A DNA stretch of 64,000 nt from Candidatus Binatota bacterium (lineage in GTDB: Bacteria; Desulfobacterota; Binatia; UBA1149), in NCBI GenBank assembly GCA_012960245.1, contig DUBO01000038.1:10627-74626 (forward strand). The letters run 5' to 3'. The stretch's first letter is position 1, and the number at the start of each line of letters is the position of its first letter. The notes beneath the pieces are model-generated. The model did no database searches and was not told the DNA's origin. It saw only the letters and a list, made by a program, of their open reading frames with translations. Shown piece by piece: positions 17,948 through 27,890 of this stretch. Made by a program: the position numbers and the translations under genes.

Positions 17948-20900
17948 ATGACCACTGAATACCATTCATCGATTTACCGCAGCGATCCCATGGGCCCAGG
18001 CGCCGCTTGCGTCGCAGTGCGGGGTTTTTCTTTGCTCGCGCTGGCAGTGCTTGCCATCACGCTGACAGCCCAGCAGGCCCAGGCGGTACCGGCCGAGGTC
18101 TCGGCCCAGGCCGTGAGCGGCCACGATTACCTGGGCGGTGGCGCGCTGGCCACCGATTCGGGCCGCGGCGTGGCCGTGGGCGATCTTGACGCTGACGGCT
18201 TTGACGACATCGCCATAGGCGTGCCCGGCAGCGACCACGTGTGCCTTGTACGCGGGCCCATCGCCATGGGAGCAGCGCCCGAAGACGTGAGCGTGCTTTG
18301 CAAAGCCGGCGCCGTCGCGCCCAACGCCTTCCGCATCAACGCACCCACGGCCTTGACGGGCAGCGGCGGTTTTGGCCTGGGCCTTGAGATTGCCGACATC
18401 GACTGCGACGGGCAGAACGACCTCATCATCGGTGACCCACTGGCCGATCCGGTGGCCGGCCTCGCGGGTGGAGTAAAGGTTGATGGCGGTGCCATCCACG
18501 TGCTGCACAAGTCGGCGGGACTTGTGTGGGGACAGGAAATATTTGCCGATAACTGGCGCCTGTACACCGGGGGCAACGGCTACTCGATAATGAGCGGTGG
18601 CGCGCAACTGGAAATGTTCGGCTACCCGGCAGCCGGCGATATAGACAACGACGGACTGGTCGACCTCGTGGTCGGCGCACCCATACACCGCCACGGATTC
18701 GCCCGCGCTGGACGCGTGTACCTGCTTGGAACCGCGGCCGTGGTCGAGTTCAACTTCTGCGCCAACGGCCCCATCAACAATCCCGTCTCCCAGCCCTTGA
18801 GCATCATGGACGGCGCGCCGGCCTGTGGCGGCTCCTGCTCCTGCGTCGCTTCGGCCTGCATCGACATGAAGAAAGACGACGCCTGGTTCGGCCAGGGCAT
18901 TGACGTGGCCGACGTCAATGCCGACGGCATCGACGACCTCGTGGTCGGGTCTCCCAGCGACGGCGTGGCGGTGGAATCGCGCGTGTACATCAAGTACGGA
19001 CCCATAGCGGCTTCGCCCGCGGTCTACCCGGTGGACTTTCCCTCGCCTTATTCCAGCGCCGACAGTTGCATAGGAGACGGCGACGCGGCGTTTGATCGCC
19101 TCGGCACAGACCTGGCCGCCGCCGACTACGACGGTGACGGTAAGCTCGAACTCTACATTGGCGCGCCCTTGTATTCCGGAGGCGGAATGGTCCAGAACGG
19201 CGGCGTCTTTGCGCTGACGGGCGGAAACTACGGCGCCCTGACCACGTCCATATCCACCGCACCCGTGGTCTGGTACGGCAAGGTCAACGACGGTAATCTC
19301 GGCTGGGGCGTAGACCTCGGCGACCTCGATGACGACGGCGCCCTCGATCTCTCGGTTGGCGGCTCGGGCATAGGCGACCCCAACGGCAGCACGCACGTAA
19401 TAAAAGAACCCGCCCCCGACCCCTGCCTGACCCTGGTGTGCAATGACGCCAACGAGTGCACCTCGGACTCCTGCGCGCTGGGCGCCTGCGTGTTCACGCC
19501 GGTGGCCAACGGTACTGCCTGCACCGACGACGGACTTTACTGCACTGGCACCGAGACCTGCCAGGCGGCGGTCTGCACCAGCGCCGGCGACCCCTGCGCG
19601 GGTGGCGCCGAATGCGACGACAGTTGCGACGAAGCAGCTAACAGCTGCGCGGTGGCGGTGAATACAGCCTGCACCAGCGACGGCAACGAATGCACCGACG
19701 ACGCGTGCGACGGCACGGGCGCCTGCGCGCATCCGGCCGTGGCCAACGACACTGTCTGCACCGACGACGGACTTTACTGTACTGGTTCAGAATCCTGCCA
19801 GGCTGGAGCCTGCACCAGCGATGGCGACCCCTGCGTCGGTGGCGCCGAGTGCGCCGACAGTTGCGACGAGGCGGCCAACAGCTGTGACGTGAGTGCGGGA
19901 ACAGCCTGCACGAACGACGGCAACGAATGCACCGACGACCAGTGCGACGGAGCGGGCGCCTGCGCGCATTCGGCCGTAGCCAACGGAACGGCCTGCTCGG
20001 ACGACGGGCTTTACTGCACGGGCACCGAGACCTGCCAGGCCGCGTCCTGCACCAGCGCCGGCGACCCCTGCGCGGGTGGCGCCGAGTGCGCCGACAGTTG
20101 CGACGAGGCGGCCAACAGCTGCGACGTGAGCGCTGGCACCGCCTGCATCGATGACGGCAACGAGTGCACCGACGACGAGTGCGACGGCGCGGGCGCCTGC
20201 GCGCATCCGGCCCTGGCCAACGGAACGGCCTGCTCGGACGACGGGCTTTACTGCACGGGCATTGAGACCTGCCAGGCCGCGGTCTGCACCGGCGCCGGTG
20301 ACCCCTGTTCAGGGCTGGGCGTGTGCTTCAGCTGTGACGAGGCCGCCGATAGCTGCGACGACACCGACGCCGACGGCGACCTGATCTGTGGTCCCGATGA
20401 CAACTGCGCCGCCGAGTACAACCCGGACCAGCTCAACAGTGACTGTCCCCCTGGAGGCACCGACACCGGCTTCGGTGGCATAGACTGCTCGGCTCCCCTG
20501 GGCGCCAACGAAGCGGGCTGCTGTGACGGTGGCGATGTATGCGACGCCTGCCCGGCCAACAACGACAACTCGAAGTGCGACGCCGGCCTGTCGGGCGGCG
20601 AGAGCATCGGGGCCGCAGGAGGCAGCTTCAGCCTCGGTGGCTGTCTAAGCGTAACCATCCCTGCCGGCGCCCTGGCGGCCGACACCAGTATCTCTGTGTC
20701 CACAGGGCTCAACGCTTCGACCAACCCGCTGATAGGCGGCGACCCGATCAAGCTGAAGAAGGCCGGTGGATCGTCAGTTCACAAGTACATAATACTGCCG
20801 CACGGACAGTCATTCCTCGTGCCCATCACGCTGGGATTCTGCTGGGACGACGCCGATAACGATGGCACGGTTGACCTCGGGACCTGTGATCTCGACGCGT

Positions 20901-21820
20901 CGCTGACCTGCGACGACAACGCCGACTGCGGTGCTTTTGCCCCCTGCAACGGTGGCGGGAGCATGGCTGAAAACAACCTGCTGCTGCGCCGCGAGGGCAA
21001 GAACTTTGACTACGCCGGCTTTGGGACTTCGGCGCCCGGCAGTGTCCAGAAATGCGGCGACGCCGAACACCAGAACGTGGGCACCTGCGGGCCCGCCGCG
21101 GCAGTAGCAGACTGCACGGACGCGCCCGGGGTCGACGAAGCCAGCGTGGCCAACTGCTGCGACACGGCCGGCAACTCCTGGCCCTGGCAGACCTGCAACT
21201 TCTCCGAGTACTACTTCGGAGAACTTTCCGGCGACCTTATACCAGGCAAGGGCAGCGAGAAGACCGACTGTCACCTCGAGTGGAGCGTGGTCAATCCTTT
21301 CAACACCGAGGACAAGTACGACAGGAGAGGCCTGCTCAACTACAAGCAGGACTGCACCGATGGTGACGCCAATTGCGACAAGGACGGCGAAGCCAACGGG
21401 GTGTGTATCTTCGAAATCGGCCTTTGCCTGAACGTCGACGACAGTCGCCTGTTCGACAAGAAGACCCTCGACCCGGTCTGCACCCCGACAGCGACCGACC
21501 TGTTCCAACTCAAGAAACCCCGGCCCAACAGTCGCAAGCTGCACGAGGCCGAGGCGGCCGAGGCGCTGCTGGCCGCGGTGATGGAGCTCGACGTGGAGGC
21601 AACGATCGGTGGCCGCAGGCTCAACGAGGTGACCTTCTCGGGTCTCGGCTACGACAACGGCGACGCCTGCACCAATACATTCCAACTCGAGGTGCCGCTC
21701 AACGGACGCTCCAAGGCCAAGGGCAAGCTCAAGGCCGGCGTAGAAACCGTAGCCTCGGAAACCCTGCGCGCAACCAAGGACAAGGACACGCTCAAGTTTA
21801 CCTGTTACAGCAGCGAGTGA
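17948..21820 (+). CDS. Large secreted protein: FG-GAP/integrin-alpha propeller, Cys-rich repeats, TSP3-like Ca-binding motif, ZU5-like domain, Cys-rich C-terminal domain
   Basis: Signal ending AQQAQA; GDLDADGFDDIAIG, GDIDNDGLVDLVVGAP, ADVNADGIDDLVVG; DTDADGDL..DNC..YNPDQ; IGAAGGS...VTIPAGAL. Confidence 0.88.
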   Translation: MTTEYHSSIYRSDPMGPGAACVAVRGFSLLALAVLAITLTAQQAQAVPAEVSAQAVSGHDYLGGGALATDSGRGVAVGDLDADGFDDIAIGVPGSDHVCLVRGPIAMGAAPEDVSVLCKAGAVAPNAFRINAPTALTGSGGFGLGLEIADIDCDGQNDLIIGDPLADPVAGLAGGVKVDGGAIHVLHKSAGLVWGQEIFADNWRLYTGGNGYSIMSGGAQLEMFGYPAAGDIDNDGLVDLVVGAPIHRHGFARAGRVYLLGTAAVVEFNFCANGPINNPVSQPLSIMDGAPACGGSCSCVASACIDMKKDDAWFGQGIDVADVNADGIDDLVVGSPSDGVAVESRVYIKYGPIAASPAVYPVDFPSPYSSADSCIGDGDAAFDRLGTDLAAADYDGDGKLELYIGAPLYSGGGMVQNGGVFALTGGNYGALTTSISTAPVVWYGKVNDGNLGWGVDLGDLDDDGALDLSVGGSGIGDPNGSTHVIKEPAPDPCLTLVCNDANECTSDSCALGACVFTPVANGTACTDDGLYCTGTETCQAAVCTSAGDPCAGGAECDDSCDEAANSCAVAVNTACTSDGNECTDDACDGTGACAHPAVANDTVCTDDGLYCTGSESCQAGACTSDGDPCVGGAECADSCDEAANSCDVSAGTACTNDGNECTDDQCDGAGACAHSAVANGTACSDDGLYCTGTETCQAASCTSAGDPCAGGAECADSCDEAANSCDVSAGTACIDDGNECTDDECDGAGACAHPALANGTACSDDGLYCTGIETCQAAVCTGAGDPCSGLGVCFSCDEAADSCDDTDADGDLICGPDDNCAAEYNPDQLNSDCPPGGTDTGFGGIDCSAPLGANEAGCCDGGDVCDACPANNDNSKCDAGLSGGESIGAAGGSFSLGGCLSVTIPAGALAADTSISVSTGLNASTNPLIGGDPIKLKKAGGSSVHKYIILPHGQSFLVPITLGFCWDDADNDGTVDLGTCDLDASLTCDDNADCGAFAPCNGGGSMAENNLLLRREGKNFDYAGFGTSAPGSVQKCGDAEHQNVGTCGPAAAVADCTDAPGVDEASVANCCDTAGNSWPWQTCNFSEYYFGELSGDLIPGKGSEKTDCHLEWSVVNPFNTEDKYDRRGLLNYKQDCTDGDANCDKDGEANGVCIFEIGLCLNVDDSRLFDKKTLDPVCTPTATDLFQLKKPRPNSRKLHEAEAAEALLAAVMELDVEATIGGRRLNEVTFSGLGYDNGDACTNTFQLEVPLNGRSKAKGKLKAGVETVASETLRATKDKDTLKFTCYSSE
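19502..20360 (+). repeat. About 3.6 tandem 237-bp (79-aa) near-identical Cys-rich coding repeats
   Basis: Units begin at 19502, 19739, 19976 and 20213 (ANGTACxDDGLYCTGxExCQA...). Confidence 0.9.
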
Positions 21821-21826
21821 GCCTGC

Positions 21827-21859
21827 AGCCGCGCCGGCCGAAACCAGGCCGACGCGGCT
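21827..21859. terminator. GC hairpin between convergent genes
   Basis: agccgcgccggcc-gaaacca-ggccgacgcggct, 13-bp stem with one G-U pair on the minus strand; no U-tract. Confidence 0.5.
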
Positions 21860-21874
21860 ACGGCCGCGGGTCGT

Positions 21875-22852
21875 TCAGACCAGCGGCACTACCTCGCGCA
21901 TAAATCGGCGTGCCTGCGAATCCTCACCGCCGGCGTCGCAGAGGTCCTGGAACCAGCAGATCACCAGCGACGCGCCCCGCTCGGTAAAAAACCTTATCTC
22001 GGCCGCGATGTCTTCGGCCCGGCCCGTCCAGCAATTGGCCAGGAACTTGGTGAGTTGTTTTTCGTTGTAGTGCGGCCACCAGCGTGCGGCAAAATCACGT
22101 AGCTCGGCTTCGCTCTCGTAGATCACGCAGGTGTTCTCCACCGATATGCGCACGCTGTCGGGGTCGCGGCCGCGGTCGCGACAGTGCCCTGCAAGGATCT
22201 CGCGCTTGCGCTCGTACTCGTCGGGCCCGCGGTTATGGTTCCAGCCGTCGGCCACTTCGGCCACCATGCGCAGGCCGACTTTTTCGCCCTGCGTGCCTAT
22301 CCATATCGGGGGCCCCCCGGCCTGCAGCGGCTTTGGCTCGTTTATGGCGTCGGTCACCCGGTGGTGCACACCCTCCACGGTGGCTTTCTCGTCTGCGAAC
22401 ATCGCCCGGCAGATGCGCGCCGTATCCTCCATGCGGTCGAGCCGCTCGCGTATGCCGGCAAACGGGTACTCGTAGGCCTCGAACTCCTCGGTTTTCCAGC
22501 CGGCGCCTAAACCCAGGTCGACCCTGCCGCCGCTCATCACGTCCACGCAGCTGGCGAGCTTGGCGAGGTAAGCCGGGTTACGGTAGGCGCTGCAGGTCAC
22601 CAACTGTCCCAAGCGCACTCGGCTTGTCACCTGCGAGAGAGCGGCCATCGTACTCCAGCACTCGAAGGTTGGCTCCATGGCCGGGCGCGGCACGGTGTGA
22701 AAGTGGTCGTACAACCACAACGAGTCGTAGCCAGCGTCTTCAAGCGCGCGCGCACTCGCGGTCAAGGCATTCCACTGGGACTCGCCGCCCTGGAGATGCT
22801 GCATCTCCATGCGCCAGCCCTGCGGCACGAACGTTCCATATTCAACGGCCAT
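21875..22852 (-). CDS. LLM-class, probably F420-dependent, oxidoreductase
   Basis: PQGW, LWLYDHF, ECWSTMAAL, YRNPAYLAK, SGGRVDLGLGAGW. Confidence 0.9.
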   Translation of the reverse strand: MAVEYGTFVPQGWRMEMQHLQGGESQWNALTASARALEDAGYDSLWLYDHFHTVPRPAMEPTFECWSTMAALSQVTSRVRLGQLVTCSAYRNPAYLAKLASCVDVMSGGRVDLGLGAGWKTEEFEAYEYPFAGIRERLDRMEDTARICRAMFADEKATVEGVHHRVTDAINEPKPLQAGGPPIWIGTQGEKVGLRMVAEVADGWNHNRGPDEYERKREILAGHCRDRGRDPDSVRISVENTCVIYESEAELRDFAARWWPHYNEKQLTKFLANCWTGRAEDIAAEIRFFTERGASLVICWFQDLCDAGGEDSQARRFMREVVPLV

Positions 22853-22901
22853 GACGGTTAGTTAGGCGAGCGCCCCCGCTCTGGCAATCAGGCGGCCCGC
22901 T

Positions 22902-24479
22902 TCAAGGGCGAACCGTATGACTGGTGGGCCCCACCAGCGTGGCCAGGCGCGGCTGTATCCACTCCACCCAGCGGCACAGGCGCTCGCGGGTTTCGGCGGG
23001 CTCGATGAGATCGTGCACACCGAAGGACTCGGCGCGCGGAAACGGCGTGCGCGAGGCGGCGAACTGTTCCTCGAGCTCGCTGCGAAGGGCGTCGGGATCA
23101 TCGGCGGCGGCTATCTCGCGTCCGAAGGCCACCGCCACGCCACCCTCGACGGGCAGCGCGCCGCTCTCGGCCGAGGGCCAGGCCAGCACGTACGAGTCCG
23201 GGCCGAAATGGGCCGCGGCGGCCACGCCGAAGGCCTTGCGCAGGTGAACCGCCGCCCAGGGCACCGATGACTGGTTGGCCGCAAATATGGTCTGCGCGCC
23301 GTAGCGGATGGTGCCGGCCGCCTCGGCACCGGTGCCTATCATGAAACCGGGCTCGTCGACCAGGCTGATGATGGGCAGGTGAAAGCTGTCACAGAGGTCA
23401 ATGAAACGCCTGGCCTTCTGCGCCCCGTCGGCGTCCATCGCGCCAGCCCAGAAGCGGCAGTCGTTGGCCCACACGCCCACCGCCTGCCCGTCCAGTCGCG
23501 CCAGGCCGGTGACCTGCGAAGGCCCGTAGCCGGCCGACATCTCGAAGAAACTGCCCGCGTCAAATACCAGTTCCAACACCCGCCTGATGTCGAAGGCCTT
23601 GCGACGGTCGCGCGGGATGATCGAGTTGAGTTCGCTTTCGGCCCGGGATGGATCGTCGTCGCAGGCCACCCGGGGCGCCGGCTCCCAGACGTTGGTGGGC
23701 AGGTAGGAAAGAAAGCGCCTTACCTGCGCCAGCGCACCCGCTTCGTCGTCGGCCAGGTTGTCGACCACGCCGCTGTGCATGTGCACGGCCGCACCGCCGA
23801 GTTCTTCCTTGGTTTTCTTCTCGCCCAGCGCGCGCTCAACAACCGCCGGCCCGGCGATGAGCACCTGGGATGTATCGCGCACCATTATGGAAAAGTGAGA
23901 AGACACCAGGCGCGCAGCCGGGAAACCCGCCACCGGCCCCAGTGCCACCGACACCACGGGCACCGCCGCCATGGCCTCGGCAAACGACATGAACCTGGGC
24001 GTAACGTAAACCGGATCGCCGGCGTGGGCTCCGCCGCCACCCTTGCCCGCGTTCTTGCCGCCACGTGTTCCGGCCACGCTGCCGCCGCCGCCCTCGAGCA
24101 GGCGCACCAGGGGCACCCGGTACTGCACGGCCAGTTGCTCGGCGTAGACGCTCTTGCGCAGGCCGGCCGGCGTGGGCGACCCGCCCTTGAGCGTGAAATC
24201 CTCGCCCCCTACCACGCAGGGCCGACCGTCCAGGCGCGCCATGCCCAGCACGTAGTTGCCCGGCGTGAATTCGACCAGGCGTCCCTCGTCGTCGATCTCG
24301 GAGTGACCGGCCATCGGGCCCTGCTCGGCGAAGCTCCCCTCGTCGACCAGCACGTCAATGCGCTCGCGCACCGTCAGGCGGCCCTTGCCGTGCTGACGCT
24401 CAACGGCCTCGGCGCCGCCCATGGCCAGCGCGGCCTCGCGGCGCGCCCGTATCCCCTCGGTTTCCTTGTCCCAGCCCAC
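22902..24479 (-). CDS. Acyl-CoA carboxylase carboxyltransferase (beta) subunit
   Basis: GRLTVRERI, EDFTLKGGS, LVDEPGFMIG, RKAFG. Confidence 0.9.
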   Translation of the reverse strand: MGWDKETEGIRARREAALAMGGAEAVERQHGKGRLTVRERIDVLVDEGSFAEQGPMAGHSEIDDEGRLVEFTPGNYVLGMARLDGRPCVVGGEDFTLKGGSPTPAGLRKSVYAEQLAVQYRVPLVRLLEGGGGSVAGTRGGKNAGKGGGGAHAGDPVYVTPRFMSFAEAMAAVPVVSVALGPVAGFPAARLVSSHFSIMVRDTSQVLIAGPAVVERALGEKKTKEELGGAAVHMHSGVVDNLADDEAGALAQVRRFLSYLPTNVWEPAPRVACDDDPSRAESELNSIIPRDRRKAFDIRRVLELVFDAGSFFEMSAGYGPSQVTGLARLDGQAVGVWANDCRFWAGAMDADGAQKARRFIDLCDSFHLPIISLVDEPGFMIGTGAEAAGTIRYGAQTIFAANQSSVPWAAVHLRKAFGVAAAAHFGPDSYVLAWPSAESGALPVEGGVAVAFGREIAAADDPDALRSELEEQFAASRTPFPRAESFGVHDLIEPAETRERLCRWVEWIQPRLATLVGPTSHTVRP

Positions 24480-24538
24480 GGACTGGTTTTAGCAAACCCC
24501 GGCCGTGATGAAAGGCCGCGTCATTTACCCACCTCTTT

Positions 24539-27340
24539 CTACAGGCACAGGCAGCCCGGTGCGCCGGTGGGATCGACGGTACAGACCTGGGCGGGATCGG
24601 CGCACACCCCGTTGCAGGTGGGTCCGCCAAGCGACTCGCAGGGGTCCTCGGGTGGATCAACGCACTCGCACTCCTGCAGCCCGGCGCTGTACTCGCAGAC
24701 CTGGCCGGGATTAATGCACACCCCGTTGCAGGTGGGTCCGGCCAGCGACTCGCAGGGGTCCTCGGGCGGGTCAACGCACTCGCACTCCTGCAGTCCGGCG
24801 CTGTACTCGCAGACCTGGCCGGGGGTGCTACACCACCCGTCACAGGTGGGTCCGGCCAGCGACTCGCAGGGATCCCCCGGCGGGTCAACGCACTCGCACA
24901 GGGCGGCAGTCACTACACCCGACTGCTCACAGAGCTGAGGATACGGGCAGGTGCCCGCGCAGGCAGGCGACGACGCCACGACGCAGGGCAACAGCTTCCA
25001 CGGCCAGCAGCTACCGTCCGTCACGTCGTTGTCGAACTGGTCGCAGTCATACTCCAGGTTGTCAACGCCGTTGATCAGCCGCGCCATGCGCGCAAGTGCG
25101 ACCCTTTGGACACAGTCCACGAACGCCGCCGGCGCGACAGAGCGGTCAGCGAGTGCGCACTCACCGGGAAACGCCAGCCCGAGATCCACCGTCGCGCACT
25201 TCTTTAACACCGCCTTCTCTACCTTGGCGACCGACCGCGCCAGTTTGCCGCGAGCGTCAGTCTTGATCGCCTCGAAGCCTTCGACCAGCGGACCGGGAAG
25301 TACCGGCAACTCCGGCACTTCGAGCAGGCCTTTCTTCTTCCAGTACGCAAAGCTCCCCAGGCCCGATTTCATTACCCCGCCCATGGCCTTGAATACGACC
25401 GCCTGGCAGCGAGCGCCGTCCCGGTCAATGTCATCCGCGATAATCGCTGCGTCGGCGTCGTCACCCAGCAGGTCAACGAGCGTTCCTACCTCGTGGTCGA
25501 GCACCTCGGCCGCGGCGTCGGCCGCCGCCACGTAGCCATAGGGGGGCGCCGGATTGAGCGCGAAGACTTCGCACTTCGTCGTGTCCACCTTTTCCAGCTT
25601 GGCGATAGCCTTTGCCACCTTGCCCCTGCGATCGGCCCGAACACACTCGGCCACGCTGGCCTCGCGCCCGCGACCGGCATCCTTGACGCAGGAGGCATTC
25701 TCTTTTTCCTGGACCTTGGCCAGCTTGAACGCCGCCTTGTTCATGGCGGCAATGCAGCCCGGGGCGCCCTCCGGAAATTCGAACGCCGAGGTGCAATCGT
25801 CGAAGCAAAAGGGACTACCCCCCTCGCTGAACGGCGGATCACAGTCTTCGCCCGGGCCGACCATGCCGTCGCCGCAGATCGCCCCGCGCGCGAACAGGAT
25901 GTCCCAGTCATTGTCGATGCCGCCCGTGTCGTATTCACTCGCCCACACCGCCACCCAGTTGCCGGCGCTGTCGCTTGTCAGCTGGGGGACGAAGTCCCAG
26001 ACAGAATCAACAGCAGCGTGGCTGTTGAGCGGCGCCGCAGCGCTCCAGGTCGCACCGTTGTCGGTCGAGCGCGCGAACAGGATGTCAGGATCATCACCGA
26101 TGCCGCCCGTATCGTAGGAACTCTCCCACACCGCCACCCAGTTGCCGGCGCTGTCGGTTGTCAGCTGGGGGTAGGAGTAATTCCAAAGACTAGAAAAATC
26201 CGAAGAATCAGAATCAACAGCAGCATAGCTGTTAAGCGGCGCCGCCGCGCTCCAGGTCGCGCCGTTGTCGGTCGAGCGCGCGAACAGGATGTCATAATCA
26301 TCACCGATGCCGCCCGTGTCGTATTTACTCCCCCACACCGCTACCCAGTTACCGGCGCTGTCGGTTGTCAGCTGGGGGGGCAGGTCATCATAGTCACCAC
26401 CAGGATCAACAGCAGCGTAGCTGTTAAGCGGCGCCGCAGCGCTCCAGGTCGCGCCGTTGTCGGTCGAGCGCGCGAACAGGATGTCATAATCACTACCGAT
26501 GCCGCCCGTGTCGTAGCGACTCCACCACACCGCCACCCAGTTGTCAGCGCTGTCGGTTGTCAGCTGGGGGAATAAGTCAGAATCACCATCCCACCCAGGA
26601 GAATCAACAGCAGCGTAGCTGTTAAGCGGCGCCGCAGCGCTCCAGGTCGCGCCGTTGTCGGTCGAGCGCACGAACAGGATGTCAGAATCATTACCGTAGC
26701 GACTCCACCACACCGCCACCCAGTTGCCGGCGCTGTCGGTTGTCAGCTGGGGGGACCAGTCAATAGTACCGTCACCAGTACTTGGGCTGTGAAGCGGCGC
26801 AGCGGCGCTCCAGGTCGCGCCGTTGTCGGTCGAGCGCGCGAACATGATGGCAGGATCAGTAGTCGGGTACCCACTGGTCCACACCGCCACCCAGTTGCCG
26901 GCGCTGTCGGTTGTCACCGGGACCCCCCCGCCGTTGTTGATTGGGTTCCAATTCCAGTCAGTGTTAACTGTTGCGTAGCTGTTAAGCGGTGCGGCCGCGC
27001 TCCAGGTCGCGCCGTTGTCGGTCGAGCGCGCGAACAGGATGTCCCAATCACCACCTATGCCGCCGGTGCCGTATTCACTCCTCCACACCGCCACCCAGTT
27101 GCCGGCGCCGTCGGTTGTCAGCTCGGGGACCCTGTCCCCGTTAGAACTGCTATACCCACCATGAAAATCAACAGCAGCGTAGCTGTTAAGCGGCGCCGCA
27201 TCTCCGAACTTCATGCCGGCGGCTCCCACCGGTGCGGCCGACAGTACCAGCATCGCCAGCACCGCCACCGTTAAAGCCGCTACGCTCACAACGCTCCGGA
27301 CAGTCTCCAACCTTGAAATTGAAACCACGTCTGAATCCAT
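24539..27340 (-). CDS. Secreted Asp-box (BNR) 7-bladed beta-propeller protein with Cys-rich C-terminal domains
   Basis: Signal peptide; 7x (G/D)NWVAVW, 6x RSTDNGATWS; ICGDG..GEDCD; C-terminal 38-aa Cys repeats. Confidence 0.88.
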   Translation of the reverse strand: MDSDVVSISRLETVRSVVSVAALTVAVLAMLVLSAAPVGAAGMKFGDAAPLNSYAAVDFHGGYSSSNGDRVPELTTDGAGNWVAVWRSEYGTGGIGGDWDILFARSTDNGATWSAAAPLNSYATVNTDWNWNPINNGGGVPVTTDSAGNWVAVWTSGYPTTDPAIMFARSTDNGATWSAAAPLHSPSTGDGTIDWSPQLTTDSAGNWVAVWWSRYGNDSDILFVRSTDNGATWSAAAPLNSYAAVDSPGWDGDSDLFPQLTTDSADNWVAVWWSRYDTGGIGSDYDILFARSTDNGATWSAAAPLNSYAAVDPGGDYDDLPPQLTTDSAGNWVAVWGSKYDTGGIGDDYDILFARSTDNGATWSAAAPLNSYAAVDSDSSDFSSLWNYSYPQLTTDSAGNWVAVWESSYDTGGIGDDPDILFARSTDNGATWSAAAPLNSHAAVDSVWDFVPQLTSDSAGNWVAVWASEYDTGGIDNDWDILFARGAICGDGMVGPGEDCDPPFSEGGSPFCFDDCTSAFEFPEGAPGCIAAMNKAAFKLAKVQEKENASCVKDAGRGREASVAECVRADRRGKVAKAIAKLEKVDTTKCEVFALNPAPPYGYVAAADAAAEVLDHEVGTLVDLLGDDADAAIIADDIDRDGARCQAVVFKAMGGVMKSGLGSFAYWKKKGLLEVPELPVLPGPLVEGFEAIKTDARGKLARSVAKVEKAVLKKCATVDLGLAFPGECALADRSVAPAAFVDCVQRVALARMARLINGVDNLEYDCDQFDNDVTDGSCWPWKLLPCVVASSPACAGTCPYPQLCEQSGVVTAALCECVDPPGDPCESLAGPTCDGWCSTPGQVCEYSAGLQECECVDPPEDPCESLAGPTCNGVCINPGQVCEYSAGLQECECVDPPEDPCESLGGPTCNGVCADPAQVCTVDPTGAPGCLCL
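24545..24960 (-). repeat. 114-bp (38-aa) tandem Cys repeats (CESLAGPTCxGxC..PGQVCEYSAGLQECECVDPP), 3 copies plus a diverged fourth
   Basis: caggtgggtccg anchor at 24615, 24729 and 24843. Confidence 0.85.
25890..27200 (-). repeat. Seven near-identical propeller-blade DNA repeats with variable-length loops
   Basis: ctccaggtcgc(g/a)ccgttgtcggtcgagcgc and cacaccgc(c/t)acccagtt blocks recur almost verbatim. Confidence 0.9.
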
Positions 27341-27567
27341 GCCGTAAGGCCCCCTTTACCCATCGGCCGCGGCCCAGCGCGGGGACGGGAGTGTCCGGGC
27401 ACGCTAATAAACTTTTACCCGTACGGCAATGCCAACGACGCCGGTAACGGGTTACAGGCGCTTATTGCCCGCGTACGCCTGCTGGGAGACGAAAACACTG
27501 TTGGCGCAACCGGGGGGTAGCCGTTCAGGCACCCGCCAGGCGGCCCTTGCCGGCACCCCCATCCCCC

Positions 27568-27596
27568 TTGACATATATACCCCCCGGGGGTATATT
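27568..27596 (+). promoter_or_regulatory. Sigma70 promoter (TTGACA-17 bp-TATATT) overlapped by CsoR operator ATATACCCCCCGGGGGTATAT
   Basis: -35 at 27568-27573, -10 at 27591-27596; G/C-tract palindrome at 27575-27595 typical of CsoR/RcnR operators. Confidence 0.85.
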
Positions 27597-27602
27597 CCCG
27601 GC

Positions 27603-27890
27603 ATGGACGATGAGACCCGCAAGAAGGTTCTGACCCGGCTCAACCGGGCCGAGGGGCAGGTGGCGGCCCTGCGGCGCATGGTGGAGCAGGACACCTACTG
27701 CGTGGACGTGCTCACCCAGGTCGCGGCCGCCCAGGGCGCGCTCGGGCGCGCGGGCGAGATGATACTGTCGAACCACATCGAGACCTGCGTCAGCCACGCG
27801 TTTGAAAGCGGCAGCGCCGACGACCGCGCGGCCAAGGTAGACGAGCTGATGGAAGTGTTCTCGCGCTACAGCCGCATAGGGGCGCGCTGA
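27603..27890 (+). CDS. csoR: CsoR/RcnR-family metal-sensing repressor
   Basis: RLNRAEGQV, YCVDVLTQ, NHIETCV (C-H-C Cu(I) ligands). Confidence 0.9.
   Translation: MDDETRKKVLTRLNRAEGQVAALRRMVEQDTYCVDVLTQVAAAQGALGRAGEMILSNHIETCVSHAFESGSADDRAAKVDELMEVFSRYSRIGAR

Noticed and set aside
25890-27200. Repeat-spacer-like pattern resembling a CRISPR array or DGR
   Set aside because: Repeats are long, in frame and encode Asp-box blades; no cas genes, reverse transcriptase or template repeat in the window
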